The notes under the pieces are model-generated. The model saw nothing but the letters and a program-made list of their open reading frames with translations. It was not told where the DNA came from and ran no database searches. The translations under genes were made by a program, and so were the position numbers. A DNA stretch of 64,000 bases from Octopus sinensis (Eukaryota). The DNA lies in the NCBI RefSeq assembly GCF_006345805.1, contig NC_042997.1:203174001-203238000 (forward strand), given 5' to 3'. This document shows positions 37,563 to 50,686 of this stretch, in pieces; the stretch's first letter is position 1; each line of letters starts with the position of its first letter.

Positions 37563-39949
37563 AGTTGCCCAGTTTAACACCTCGTCTGGCACTTGGGTAT
37601 CTACTCTATTTTAAGTATCAGCGCTACTTCTCTCCAGTCTGAATATAATTTCCTCCCTCCCACTAGTCTTGGAGGCTCCGAAAAAGATCATGACCACTAC
37701 ACTTCCCCTTCAAGGTGGGTGGGTGGACAGACAGATGGATGGAGGAAAGGATGGATGGATAGGTATAAGCAGGCAGACAAACTTGATTTTTAATGACTAT
37801 TAAATGTAGTAACTGCTTGTTTCATTTGAAGAATAAGTCAGAGGACTTGGAGGCTGGAAGAAAGAGAGGGGGGGGGTAGTTCCAGTCTCAATAGTTTCTG
37901 TAAATATATAACAAACGCACAAATACATTATATTGTTTGTAATTATCAACAAATTTATAAGTACAATGGTTATATTGAATAAATAATACAATACAGATCA
38001 TGCTTATGGAAAACATTCAGAGAGTCTGAGACAGTTACAATGACCAAACCAGAAAATAACCAGACCATGGAATATTCAAACACCAAAGCAAAATACTGAG
38101 ACAATAATTTAGGGTTAGAAGGAAAACATTAAATATTATTTCAGCAACATCAAATATTCCAATAACTGTAGCTATTTGTGTTAATCTCTAAATATTTGAA
38201 TTCTGTTACATGAAATCTAACACTGGCCTCACATGGCTTTGCTTTCTGAAAAGTTATAAGCTACATCACAACTACACACCCCTTCCAGGAAATTCATTGC
38301 AAACTTCCCAGGTTGCATTACCCCTAGTGCTTCCATTCATTATCCGCTCACATAATTTCTTTCTCCTCTACCATATTTTAATTAAATTGAAATAACAAAC
38401 ACTGCCCATAGACTATTCATTTCTTTTTTCTTTCATACATTGTTTATTCCATCTGAAATTGGGTTAACAGTTAAGATATACAATTTTTTTTTAATATTAT
38501 ACCAGATGCTTAAAAAAAAGTACATCTTACAGAAAAAAAAATTGTTTTTTCCCTATTTCCCACCCATCTCTTTTCTCTGACACACAAACAGTTACAGACA
38601 GATACACAGACACAGGCGGAACATACATGAGAGCAGCACGCTCAGGAAAACAGGACAAGTGAGGTGGCAGGGGGTGGGGATCATACAAGGAGGACACACA
38701 TGGGACAAGCACACAGTGACATGCAGGGACACACTGACAAAGACATATACACAACACAGACTTTTACTTCCTCCACTTTTTAGTATTAAGCCATTTAGAC
38801 AGGTTCATTCCCCAGGCTAGCTCTACCTACGTCCAGCTTAGCATTAAGTTCACAGAGGTTCTACACTAACCACATTCCCAGTCCTTCCTCTTCAGAATAT
38901 CATCATCTCCGGAACTGCTATCCTTCTGCCTATGTTTTTGTTTTTTCTTTTCCACAACCATCAAGTTTAAGCAGAACATCAACCACATCAATCTTAATGG
39001 TCAGTTTTGCAAAGACTCCAGACACAATCATCAAAATAAAGCTTATAAATTTAAGAAAATTTGCTACTCCATGTTGCTATTCCACATGTGAATAACTGCA
39101 GCTGGAGATTTTAGACACACGCACACACGCATCCACACACACACACACACACCTGGAAACAGGGCAACAAGGTGCAGAAATTATTACTCAACAAATTCCA
39201 TATGACCCATAAAAACATGGAAAAGTGGATGTTAAATTGATTACACACACATGCGTGCGCACACAGACACATGCACGCACACACACACACACTGTGGTTG
39301 GAGATTGTTAGTCAGGGAGAACCACAAAATAAAAAAATACATGAAATAGAGGGTAAGTTTATTTAATAACTGAGCCTTACATGACTAGAACTGTTGCATC
39401 CTGGGATATTTAATCATCTCTGACAAATTACTCAGAAATACAACAGTATTAACCCTGCAAGAGTCATTGTGTACATACAGACAGACAGACAGACAAGCCT
39501 CAAGTTTCTTCAAATTCATGGAAGCATAGAAAAGTGAACATTATGATTACACACACACACACACATGTGTGCAGTCATTTATAGCCACAACTTGAGTCTA
39601 CTTCGCACATGAAACCATACAGAGATGGGTAGTTATTGATTTTTTTTATTATCTTGTATTGTTTTTATACAACCAAGAAATAACAAATTTGGTCAAAAGA
39701 ACAACTTAACAGTATTTTGATGAGAATATTCTTCAGAAAGACTGTTTCATTAAAAGACATTACCAATCAATTGAAGACTCTTTTGCAATAAACGAACAAT
39801 GACCAGGTTTGATCAGATTACTTTTGATAAAAACGATTAGTTAACTCCATTTAGAGATGTTCATAAAACTGATTTTAATTAAGAAAAATAATTATTTGAT
39901 CCTATAAACACTCAGAGTGAAAAAGGAGTGGAGATGTTAGAAATAGCAT

Positions 39950-40530
39950 ATGAATATTGAGGGGTGAATTGGAGAGAAAGGGAGATTGTGTGATGAGTGG
40001 AGGGGGGGACAGACAGACAGAGAGCATATGTGATGAAGAGGGAATGTGTGTGATGAAGGGAGGGGGAAGGGAGAGATAGAGAGAATGTGTGATGAAGAGT
40101 GTGTGAAGAAGGAAGAGAGAATGTATGTGAAGAAAAGAAAGAGAGAATGTGTGATAAAAGTGAATGTGTGATGAAGAGAGAGAAAAAGAGTGTGTGTGTG
40201 ATGAAAGAGAGAGAGAGAAAAAAATGTGTGTATATTTGATGAAGGAATGTGTGTTGTGTGTGTAATGAGAGAGAGATAGAGAGAATGTGTGATGAAGAGT
40301 GTGTGAAGAAGGAAGAGAAAATGTATGTGAAGAGAAAGAGAGAATGTGTGATGAAGAGAGAGAAAAAGAGAGAGAGCGTGATGAAAAGAGAGAGTGTGTG
40401 ATGAAGAGAGAGAGAGAATGTGTGTATATTTGATGAGAGAGCATGTGTATGTGTGTTTGTAATGAGAGAGAGAGAGAGTGTGTGTGTGTGTTTGTAATGA
40501 AAAGTGAAAAAGAAAAGAAAGAAAGAACAT
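39950..40530. repeat. Complex minisatellite of GAGAATGTGTGATGAAGAG-like units with a roughly 200-bp higher-order duplication
   Basis: The block starting at 40071 recurs at 40271; TGTGTATATTTGATGA occurs at about 40226 and 40421. Confidence 0.85.
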
Positions 40531-41090
40531 GCAAGTGATGATGAGGGAGAATAGGACAGATTGTGAGAGAATATGTAAGAGATTAAGAGAGTGGGAAGCT
40601 GAGAGTTCAGAAAAAAAGATATTAAAGAGAGGGGGAGTAAGTTAAGGAGAGTGGTAAGAGAGAGGGAGAATAGATAGATAGAGAGAAAGAATGATAAAAA
40701 GGAAGTGACAAATCAACAGAGAGAGAGAGCTCATGAAAGATTGGTGTCAAAGATAACTAATCAATAGAATTCATATTCTTTTAATTCTAAAAAAAAAAGA
40801 AAACAAAACATTATGAATTGTAAAAATACACAAAAAAAATACTGTGATAAATGTGTTTGACAAAGAAAAAAACATGTGAGTGAATAATTTTGGTTAGAGT
40901 TTGTATAGTTTGGTGTTAGTTGTAACATCTACAAACATAAAGGTAAATCACAACTGACACTGGCTCAGAGAACATAAAAAGGAAAAGAACTGGAGACATT
41001 CGTATCAGGTAAACTAAAAGCAAAAAGAAAAATATATGAATTCTCTCCAACTTTTTCCTTTTCTTTCCATAATTTCAATCGTCTAATACT

Positions 41091-41308
41091 CTTTTTACTC
41101 TCTTTTACTCTTTTACTTGTTTCAGTCATTTGACTGCGGCCATGCTGGAGCACCGCCTTTAGTTGAGCAAATCGACCCCGGGACTTATTCTTTGTAAGCC
41201 CAGTACTTATTCTATCAGTCTCTTTTGCTGAACCGCTAAGTGACGGGGACGTAAACACACCAGCATCGGTTGTCAAGCAATGCTAGGGGGACAAACACAG
41301 ACACACAA

Positions 41309-41355
<47 letters not shown>

Positions 41356-41520
41356 TACGACAGGCTTCTTTCAGTTTCCGTCTACCAAATCCACTCACAA
41401 GGCATTGGTCGGCCCGGGGCTATAGCAGAAGACACTTGCCCAAGATGCCATGCAGTGGGGCCGAACCCGGAACCATGTGGTTGTTTAGCAAGCTACTTAC
41501 CACACAGCCACTCCTGCGCC
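41091..41520 (-). mobile_element. Intact young SINE family A
   Basis: tRNA-like head GGCGCAGGAGTGGCTGTGTGGTAAG..GGTTCGGCCCC (A/B-box-like), an ACCTTGGGCAAG-type core, a (TA)/(TG) microsatellite and a tail ending GAAACAAGTAAAAGAGTAAAAGAG. Confidence 0.88.
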
Positions 41521-42221
41521 TATACTGCTTCAAATTATGGAGATATGATTATCTCCCTTGTAATAGCTGTGACCCTAAGTGGGGCCACATCATCATCATC
41601 ACATGTTCGAAATACAATTTTAAAACCTAACAAATGAATATTACATCATAGACTAAGAAAAATTACTTATCCAAGAAAATAGATATTAGCACTAGATATA
41701 CTGTTTACTTTGTATTATTACTGCTTAGTTTTATTCATTGAGTTTTTTGGGGTCTGTTTTGTTTTTCTTTAATGGTATTTTTAAAAGGAAAGAGAGAAGT
41801 TTTAATACAAGACAAAAACAATATCATGTTATTGAAATCTTGGAAGATTCCATTAATTCATATTTTCTTTTCTCTTGTATCGACAAATCACAGAAACTTT
41901 CACACAGAGATATATCTGCTAATAAACATCAATGTATTTATATGCTACTCTCCATCACCCCCATCACTAAAAATAAGTGACCTGAGAACAAAGTGATTGA
42001 TTCCAAGCTCAAATATACAGTTTTAAGCAAAAGGTGAAGAATATTTAGCCCTTTTGTTACCATATTTCTTTTGAAATACTGTCTGTTTCAATTTTGAAAA
42101 TAACAAAGAATTTCTTCAAATAACTGTCCAATATCAATCTGATGTTTGGAACAAATTAGCATGAAATTTCAGTGGAAAGTTTTTATTTAGATTCAAAGGA
42201 AGGTTAACTGGGAAGATAGTT

Positions 42222-42650
42222 TTTGTGTGTGGCAGATGCACAGGGGCAATAAACACTGAAGATGTACAGAAAACAGATTTTATCACATGCCAGCGGGAGA
42301 AACTAGAAGTAATTGATAGCTTCCACTACCTAGGTGACCAGGTCTCTAGTGCGGGTGGATGCTCTGAGAGTGTAGCTACTCAAATAAGAATAGCCTGGGC
42401 AAAGTTCATAAAGATCCTACCTCTGCTGGAACAAAGGGCCTCTCGCTTAGAGTGAAACACAGACTGCATGATGCCTGTGTGCAAACAGCCACGCTACACA
42501 GCAGTGAAACATGGCCCATGACTGCTGAGGACATGCGTAGGCTTGAAAGAAATGAAGCTAGTATGATCCGCTAGATGTGTAACGTCAGTGTGCATAGACA
42601 ACAGAATGAAAGCAACTTGAGAGAAATGTTGGACATAATAAGACCTCAGG
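42222..42650 (+). mobile_element. RTE-clade LINE fragment (post-RT region)
   Basis: CGRCTGAINTEDVQKTDFITCQREKLEVIDSFHYLGDQVSSAGGCSESVATQIRIAWAKF, then in another frame ..LHSSETWPMTAEDMRRLERNEASMIR. Same family as the 13.9-17.3 kb relic. Confidence 0.75.
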
Positions 42651-42989
42651 GCCCTTCATCTTTACTCACAAACAAACCTCTTTACAAAGAGAGAAATTCC
42701 AAGGCTGCCAGGAGCAGCCATGAGAATGACTGAGTAGTAAGAGAATGACAAAAGAACGACTGAGTAATAAGAGGGACACATGATAGGGAGTGAATAATAG
42801 GTCTATTACTTAACCCTATCATGTGTTCCTCTTATCCCTTATAAAGGTCATTTGTATTCAGAGATAAGCCTGTATATTATTCAAGGCAAAAAAAAAATAA
42901 AGTGATAACAAAAGACAATGTGACCCAAAAGGTAGAAGCAATAAAAAAACCCAGGGATGTGTGGGTAAAATTCAAAGATGATAACTTAC

Positions 42990-43179
42990 CTGCCTGCCTT
43001 GCCTCTTGACATGCTTCACACATTTCATTTTTAATCTCAGGGTTTTCTTCAGCTATAGACTCTCCAACAGACACAAACTTTCCTACAGCCCGGTTCACAA
43101 CTTGCCCAACTTGTACTAATACTCGCAGTGTCTTCTCTGATACTTTAGTTTTTTCTTTATGGTTTACCAGTGTTGTTAT
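42990..43179 (-). CDS. CTNNAL1: Alpha-catulin coding exon (probable exon 2), 190 nt, phase 0 to phase 1
   Basis: Minus strand reads ...ttttactttatag|ATAACAACACTG...CAGGCAG|gtaagtt, translating ITTLVNHKEKTKVSEKTLRVLVQVGQVVNRAVGKFVSVGESIAEENPEIKNEMCEACQEARQA(G). This matches the N-terminal vinculin-homology region of alpha-catulin, has canonical AG/GT sites, and joins in frame to the exon at 4559. Confidence 0.92.
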
Positions 43180-45729
43180 CTATAAAGTAAAACAAAAAAG
43201 AACATGAATTTCTCTCTTGAAACATAAGGACACACACATGCACACATACATTCATGCATGCATGCATGTGTGATACACATACAAGCAGTGGGTCTCAGAA
43301 TACCCGAGCAGAAGTTTTTGAGTTATTTGTCCACCTGGGCTGCTAGGCTCATTGAATTAATAAGTGGATGAGTATTCCATAAATACATGAAAACTTAACA
43401 TAATTCTCAGGTGGCACCAGAACAAGACAATGACAAGGCAGGACCTTTGAATTACATGTGCAGTTCAGCTTATGAGCTTCTATACAGTTTCTATGCACTT
43501 GAGATGCAATGCAATGGGAACAAACTTGGAACCTCTGGGTGGAGGGGGATGGGGGCAGGCACAGGCATTGCTGAGTAGTTAAGAAATTCACTTCACAACC
43601 ATATGACTTTTGGTTCAGTCCCACTGCTTGGTATCTTGACCAAGTGTTTTTGAACTTATAGCTCCTGGCCAACCAAAGCCTTATTAGTGATTTTCATAGA
43701 AAGAAACTGGAAGAAGCCTGTCATACATGTATGTGATTATATATATGTGTGTGAATTTTCACTTGACATTGCATGATAGATGTAAATGAGCATCATCCTC
43801 ATCATCATACAAATGCTGCTGTTCATTCCCAATCTTCTATGGAATCCTATCCAGCTTGAGATAGAAAATAATGCCTAACTAAATGTAAAATCAGTTGTCA
43901 TATTTTTATAAATCCATCCAACCTTCCAAATTCTTTGAACTTATACACCAACACCTCCTCATCTTAAGTCCATATCCTCTGGAATACTCACTTTCTTGCA
44001 CCTTGAGACTATGCTCTGACCCTTCATCACCACCATCATTATCTTCTTTCCAGTTACTCCCACCCTTGAATAATGCAAGATGGCCCTATAAGGAAGTCAA
44101 CTTTGTCTGTCCCTCTATCATACCATAGCCTCTCAACACCTGGCACAACGCTACAACTCCACTCAATTGAGGGGTCTTTCTTTGTCTTGCAAGATATTTG
44201 GCAACCTCACTAGTGCTAGCATCACAAGAAAAGCACCTAGTATACTCCATAAAATGCTTGACATTAGTAAGAGCATCCAGCTGTAGAGATTATGACTAAA
44301 CAGAGTTCAATACCATTTTCTTCAACTCATTAGATCCTGTCAAACTGTTCAATCCATGCCAGCATGAAAAAACACGTTACATAATGATTTCATCTAATTA
44401 AAATCTCTCAACAACTGATTTGACAAAGAAAACATTTCTTCAGCTTTTTCAACAAAATAGTTAATATATAAACATCTCCTAAAAGTCTCAAGTTGAAATA
44501 ACTGTATTTTCACAGGAATTAGTATTTTTCACCTCATCTTACTAAGGTGAGAGAGAGAGAGAAGAAAGCATACAACAATATATTTTTACTTTAAAGTAAT
44601 ACTGAAACTGCTAACCCAATATTAAACAGCCATCTGAGTCATTCATACATTCAGATGACATATTTTACTGCTTCAATTCAACTTGACAATGGTCGGTCAA
44701 GCTAGTGGATTAACTAATCGAAAATTCAATATTGTATTTAATTATGTGCATACATTAATTATTTATGATTTATATTTAAGGTAGTGTATCCTCTCTCAGA
44801 GAAAGTTCAGGGAGCCGTTACTTCTGCTGCTTCAAACGGTTTCTCTCTGAGACTAAAGAGTAGATTGTGTGATGCTTGTGTATGAAGTGTGATTCACTGG
44901 AGTAAGGCATTAGTGTTTCAATCTTGTTGCGTGTGTGTCTCTTCTATTAAAGCTACCCAAGACCAATAAGAACCTAACAAGAGTTTAGGTTCTTATTCAG
45001 TAAATTATTCAGAATTCAGCAAACAACTTATTTACTGCGGCATACTGATGTATGCCAACCAATAAATAATCACCATGTGCACATGTCTCAAAGTGTCCTT
45101 ATTTCAATGAGTTGAGTGTATTGTGAACACAATTATCTGAAAGGAGACATTGTTCACCAAAGGCAAAAAGCAACAATAATTGGTATATATTTGCATCTGA
45201 ATCTGCTGGAACATGTCATCATTTTAATTCTCACTGTTCTTTGTTGATTTAAAATATAGAAAGGTTAACACAAAAATTGGAAACCAAAATGTACACGAAT
45301 GGTAATGAAAAAAAAATACAAGATAATTAGAAATGGATGGATGTTTTTGCACTAACACGTAATTTCCTCGTTCAAAAATTAAGTTATACACGCTATCACT
45401 ATTCAATACTTAACAGCAAAAGTTTTCATACTGCTTATTGATCATGGAGCAGGTGATTGATAGGCTGTTGCAACTCTAATTAGCAAGGTGAAACAACAAA
45501 ACCAATCTTCAATTAAAAACCTAACACATTTCCACTCAAGTTGTTGATTCATTCGTCTTTACATCTAATAAATATAACAATCGTACATATCAGAAATATG
45601 AAAACATTTTATCATGCCACACAAAAATATGAATCCTATTGTTATCTTTATATATAAATTAACCACATTGCTTATTTGTTTCAATTAGTTATAAGGTCTA
45701 TTAGTAATATTAATCCTGGTGTCTTTATC

Positions 45730-46045
45730 TTATACTTGTTTCAGTCATTAGACTGCAGCCTCGAAGAAACTTTTAGTCATAAAAACTGCCCCCAGTTCTT
45801 ATCCTATCAGTCTCTTTTGCTGAACTGCTAAATTAACGGGAATGTACAAGCATGAACACAAAGGCAAACACACACACATACACAAACACACACAATGAGC
45901 TTCATTCAGTTTTGTCTACCAAATCCCCTCACAAGGTTTTGGTCAGCTTCAGGCTATAGAAGACACTTGCCCCCAAGGTGGCATGCAGTGGGACTGAACT
46001 CAAAATCATGTAGTTGAGAAGCAAACTACTTACCACACAACCACA
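45730..46045 (-). mobile_element. SINE family A (diverged)
   Basis: Reverse-complement tail, (CA)n and head. Confidence 0.68.
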
Positions 46046-47948
46046 CAAATCTAATATGAAATTATTATTATTATTATCATTATTATTATCATTAAGCAAG
46101 ATTTTAGTTTTGGTTTAAAGCAGGCAATTTTGCATCCAAAAACCAGGTAATGGTCTTGTGCATATTGGTATGAGAATGATTCCTGCCAAGTATAGAAGGA
46201 AGCTGGTGCTTTTTCTAAACAAATTTTTTTCATTTAACTTCTTTAAAAACAAAATTTACATTCTACTCTGAAAGTATCCTACTACTGACTTCTAACAATA
46301 TCATACAGTCATCAAAACAAACTTAAAAGAAATTTTTAGACAATTTTTAGACAATTTTTAAATGGTTATCTATCCTTTCCATAATTTTCTACATAAATGT
46401 ATTTAAATATATAACTGTTTTTATCTACTTTTAGAATAAAAACAAAACCCTGACTTGGTATCAAAGGAAATAGAAAGAATTAAGCCATATTAAAGCTGGA
46501 AAGTGGAGTATTTTCCAACCAAAGTCAGATGTAGAGGGTTTGTTAGACACAGTGTGAGACGACTGTTGTTATCATTAGGCTTAACTCATTGTCAAGTAAA
46601 TACCACCATGACCACAGTGGGAAAGGCTAGCCACTGGATTTGGTTAAAAAGAGACGATGAGCGATGGCTAGAAGAATATTGAGCTTTATTTGATAACCAG
46701 TTGATCTAGCAAGCGAAGCCTCATATCAGTGAGGGGGGGCCAGTGTGCATTAATGCCATCGCAAGGTAAGGCCCCAAAACGGCATGCACTCTGTCTTGAT
46801 GACCCCATACACTTGCTGGCTTCTGGTACTCGGAGTTCTCAATTGGTAGCACTTGCATGTGCAAGTTGTTTGCAAAACATCTCGTGTATGGTTACACAAA
46901 AAAATATTCAAACATTAAGTGAAAAATCACTCAATACAAGTGTGTAGCACTATAAAAATTTATTTCTTCAAAGGTTGGCAATGACTTCAAAGATTTGTCA
47001 ATGGTCAACTCTGACAGTTTGACAATGCTGATCCTCAGTGAACCTTCAAAGTTACTACCAACCTTTAGTTTCCTTTGTAAAAATAAAAATCATAACAAAG
47101 ATGATACTATAATTGGTGTAAATTAATTAACAGAATTATAGAATACGGTTACTAAAAGTAAAAACTAAATTTATCATTAAACAAAAGTGGAGGAGTGTTG
47201 TTTTATTTTTTTAAAGTAATTTATGAGTGTATAATTAAAGGACTGGAAGTTCAGAAGCTGTACAAGAGCAGAAATGTCAGCTTATTTAAAAGACAGTCAA
47301 TCAGTAACTAAAAAGTCATTTATTAAGAAGCCAATAGAGTCTAACAGTTTTATTAAAATAAAGTAAATGAGGAAGTAGTCAAAAGTGAGAGCGTGCAACA
47401 TAGAAAGGGAGAATAAGGGGGAGGATAAATGGACAAAGAGAAAAAATGTTAAAATACAAAAAAAGATAAAATTATTGAAAGTCATATAATGGAGTATATG
47501 ATATGCCAAACTGCCAATGTATTAACAATAATTAATTTACTTCAGTCTTGGTCTCATTTCTTCCTTTCCAGTTCTACAAGGCTTCATGACTTAACAATGA
47601 CATGATTTATTTTGGTGTCATGTTACTCCAAGAACCAACCTGTAGGATCCTGCAATATGGAGAGTCAGTATCCTCCTCACTTCATGTGAAATCTATTAAA
47701 CATTTACTTTTAGTTGCTTACTGACAATAAAATTACCTTAAGAACCAAAAGAATTTTATTTAAAAAAATCTAACTGGTTTTTAATTATAAAGAATACGAA
47801 GGCCACAAAAGAAATTTTAGAAATTAAAACCAATAATTTGAAAGATGAGAAGATGAGAAATGAATAAAAAAGAAAGAAAATAGAACATTGATCTCTTCAA
47901 ATAGTGAGTAGCAGAGAATGATGTCAGTGCCAAAACAAAATGTTAAGG

Positions 47949-47951
<3 letters not shown>

Positions 47952-47992
<41 letters not shown>

Positions 47993-48035
47993 CTTGCATG
48001 CGTGCATGCGTGCGTGCGTGCATGCACGCGCATGT
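47952..48035. repeat. (GT)n-(GC)n-(GTGC/ATGC)n alternating tract
   Basis: Directly visible. Confidence 0.9.
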
Positions 48036-48423
48036 TGGGCCAGATAGATTTTACCAAGGCAGATTTTTCTCTAAGATTCCCTTTCTATCACCAATTCATA
48101 CCTGTTTCCAGGCAAGATAATATTTCCCCAAGGCCAGACATGTTTTTGCAGAACATTAGAAATGATTGATATTGCTTATAGGACAATGGGACTTTTACAA
48201 CTATCTTACAATATCAAGACAAAGTAACACAAACATACCACATACATTATCTACCAAATCCATTCACAAGTCTTTACTCAACCCAAGGCTATAGTACAAG
48301 ACACTTGTCCGTAGTTCCATGCACTGCGACAGAACCTGAAACCATGTAGTTGGGAAGCAAGCTTAACTACACAGCCACACTGCAACCTATTATATCAATT
48401 CACACATTATTTATATATATATT

Positions 48424-48830
48424 CTTTTACTTGTTTTAGGCATTTGACTGCAGCCATGCTAGAGCACCGCCTTTAATTGAACAATTGACCCCAGGACTTA
48501 TTCTTTGCAAGCCAAGTACTTATTCTATCGGTCTTTTGATGAATCGCTAAGTTACAGGGATGTAAACACACCAATATCGATTGTCAAATGATGGTGTGGG
48601 GTGGGGGACAAATACAGACACACACACACACACACGCATATAACATATATATATACACACACACACATAATGGGCTTCTTTCAGTTTCCGTCTGCCAAAT
48701 CCACTCAGAAAGCTTTGGTCAGCCCGAGGCTATAGCAGAAGACACTTGTCCAAGGAGCCACGCAGTGGGACTGAACCTAGAACCATGTGGTTGGGAAGCA
48801 AACTTCTTACCACACAGCCACTCCTGCACC
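48424..48830 (-). mobile_element. SINE family A
   Basis: Complete reverse-complement copy ending CACACAGCCACTCCTGCACC. An RTE-tailed minus copy lies at about 48090-48380. Confidence 0.8.
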
Positions 48831-50686
48831 TATATATATTGTTGTATTTCAGGATGGTCACTTTCTTTTTGTCACACACATGCACACAAATATATAGACA
48901 CATGCACAGACAGACACACACTTTGACCACTACCACTAATCTCCCAAGCTTGAATGTGCTAGTTTTTAATTTTACCCATTGCAAGAAACTATGTCTGGTG
49001 GTTGTAAACATGAAACCATTATCAAGAGAAAGTTAACTCATAAACATATGCATGCATGTACATGCACACAGCTGAAACTAAAAGTCACAAAGCCTTCTAG
49101 AAATACATCAAAACCTGGAAAAATATCAGCTTCATGTGCAAAGTGATGACTTGTAATTTATTCACTATGTGTCTATTCATTATTGGTCTCTCGTCATTTC
49201 TGTATTCTCACATAAGTTCAATGAAATTGTATTTTTAGCATAAAGAAACCAGCATCTTTTTCATAACACCATTTCCAAGTCAAGTTACAGCTTATTCACA
49301 ACCACATTTTTTATGATAGCTAATGATAAGCCAAACAAGATTCATACTTATCTTCCGGTAGTATCTTTATGTCACTTATATGACTGCCAGCATTTGCTAA
49401 TGCAAACTCAATGCTAATAATTCAGAGAAACAGGGGCTGATAACAGTAAATCACCATTGATAGACAAAGGACACAGGAACTAACCTTAGCTAATCACAAC
49501 TCCACACACGTTTATTGCAGTCAAGTAGGCTGTAAATATCTTCTTTAATCACTGTTCATGTGATAAAAGGGATCATTTCATTATAATATAGTTGGCCTTT
49601 TTCATCTTTGGTTAACAGTGTTGTGGAGACTGGTGTTCTGGCTCTTTCTAGAAGCAACTCCCTAGCCCCAAGCACACTTACAATTTCACCATAAAGGAAC
49701 AAGTCAATACATTTGCAACATCCATAGAGCTGCAGAAGATGCCAGATAATAGTTAAATATAACTGTACATATCTGCCTTAGGGTCCCTCACTCCAAATTT
49801 CAGGATACAGGATTTGCATGGAGTTACCTCTTCTAAGATGAGTGGCAAAAGAGTTGAAAGGCCTCACCTACCCTGGGTTTATTGGAATGTCTGTGAATGA
49901 CCTTCTCCTGGAGGCAAATCCATAACATGCTGCTAATTAATCCATAGCTGTGGCCCTGACAGGTGCTACTAGAGGTCAGAGTAAACCTGGAGACAACAGT
50001 GCTTAAGAGATGGTACTACACTCCTCAAAACTATAATCAGGCCCTCACAACTGGATGTAGTTTGAAGTCATATCTAAGTATATTTAGTTTCAGTCTTCGG
50101 AAACACTAATACTTTGCCAACAGAAACCATATGTGCCAATATGATATTTGGATTTTATCTTGACAGATAAGGGACTTTGAAAAAGGCACAAATGGAATGG
50201 TTTCCCTCCTCCCCAAACAAATAGATAATGGTTGCCTTCATAAATCAAGTATTATATAAAATTCTGAAGATGCAGAAGAGGATATTGTCAGTGGTAGTAT
50301 TCAAATCAATACAGTCTCTATGAACTGAAGATCAACTTATGGTCAAGAGTAGGGTGGGAGTTTTACCTGCACACCTTCCATGTTTTTATACATTCTATTC
50401 TACTTACAATGCAGGTACAAAGGAAATGACATACCAGGTATTTATTGCCTCCTGATTCTACAAAAGGTCCCAAACTTCCACTAGAGGTTAGTCAAAAATA
50501 AGCACCAAAAAGTTCCAAACAAGGACCAAAGAAATACCTGGATGAGACTGAAATGAAATTTTTGCCATATGTGCCCCAAGTTAATTCAAAGAGACAGTCT
50601 TCAGCCATGTAATGATACAAATATTATTACGAATGCTTTTTTTGCAACAACCTCAAACAAACGTTTTGTCTTTATTCTTCTGTTGT

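Noticed and set aside
41440-41520. tRNA-like heads with A/B boxes as tRNA genes
   Set aside because: No complete cloverleaf or terminator; they are the 5' parts of multi-copy SINEs.
42255-42275. CTGAAGA-TGTACA-GAAA as a hammerhead (also CTGA-GA motifs near 31517 and 52444)
   Set aside because: No stem II loop or stem I can be formed; the first lies within RTE coding sequence.
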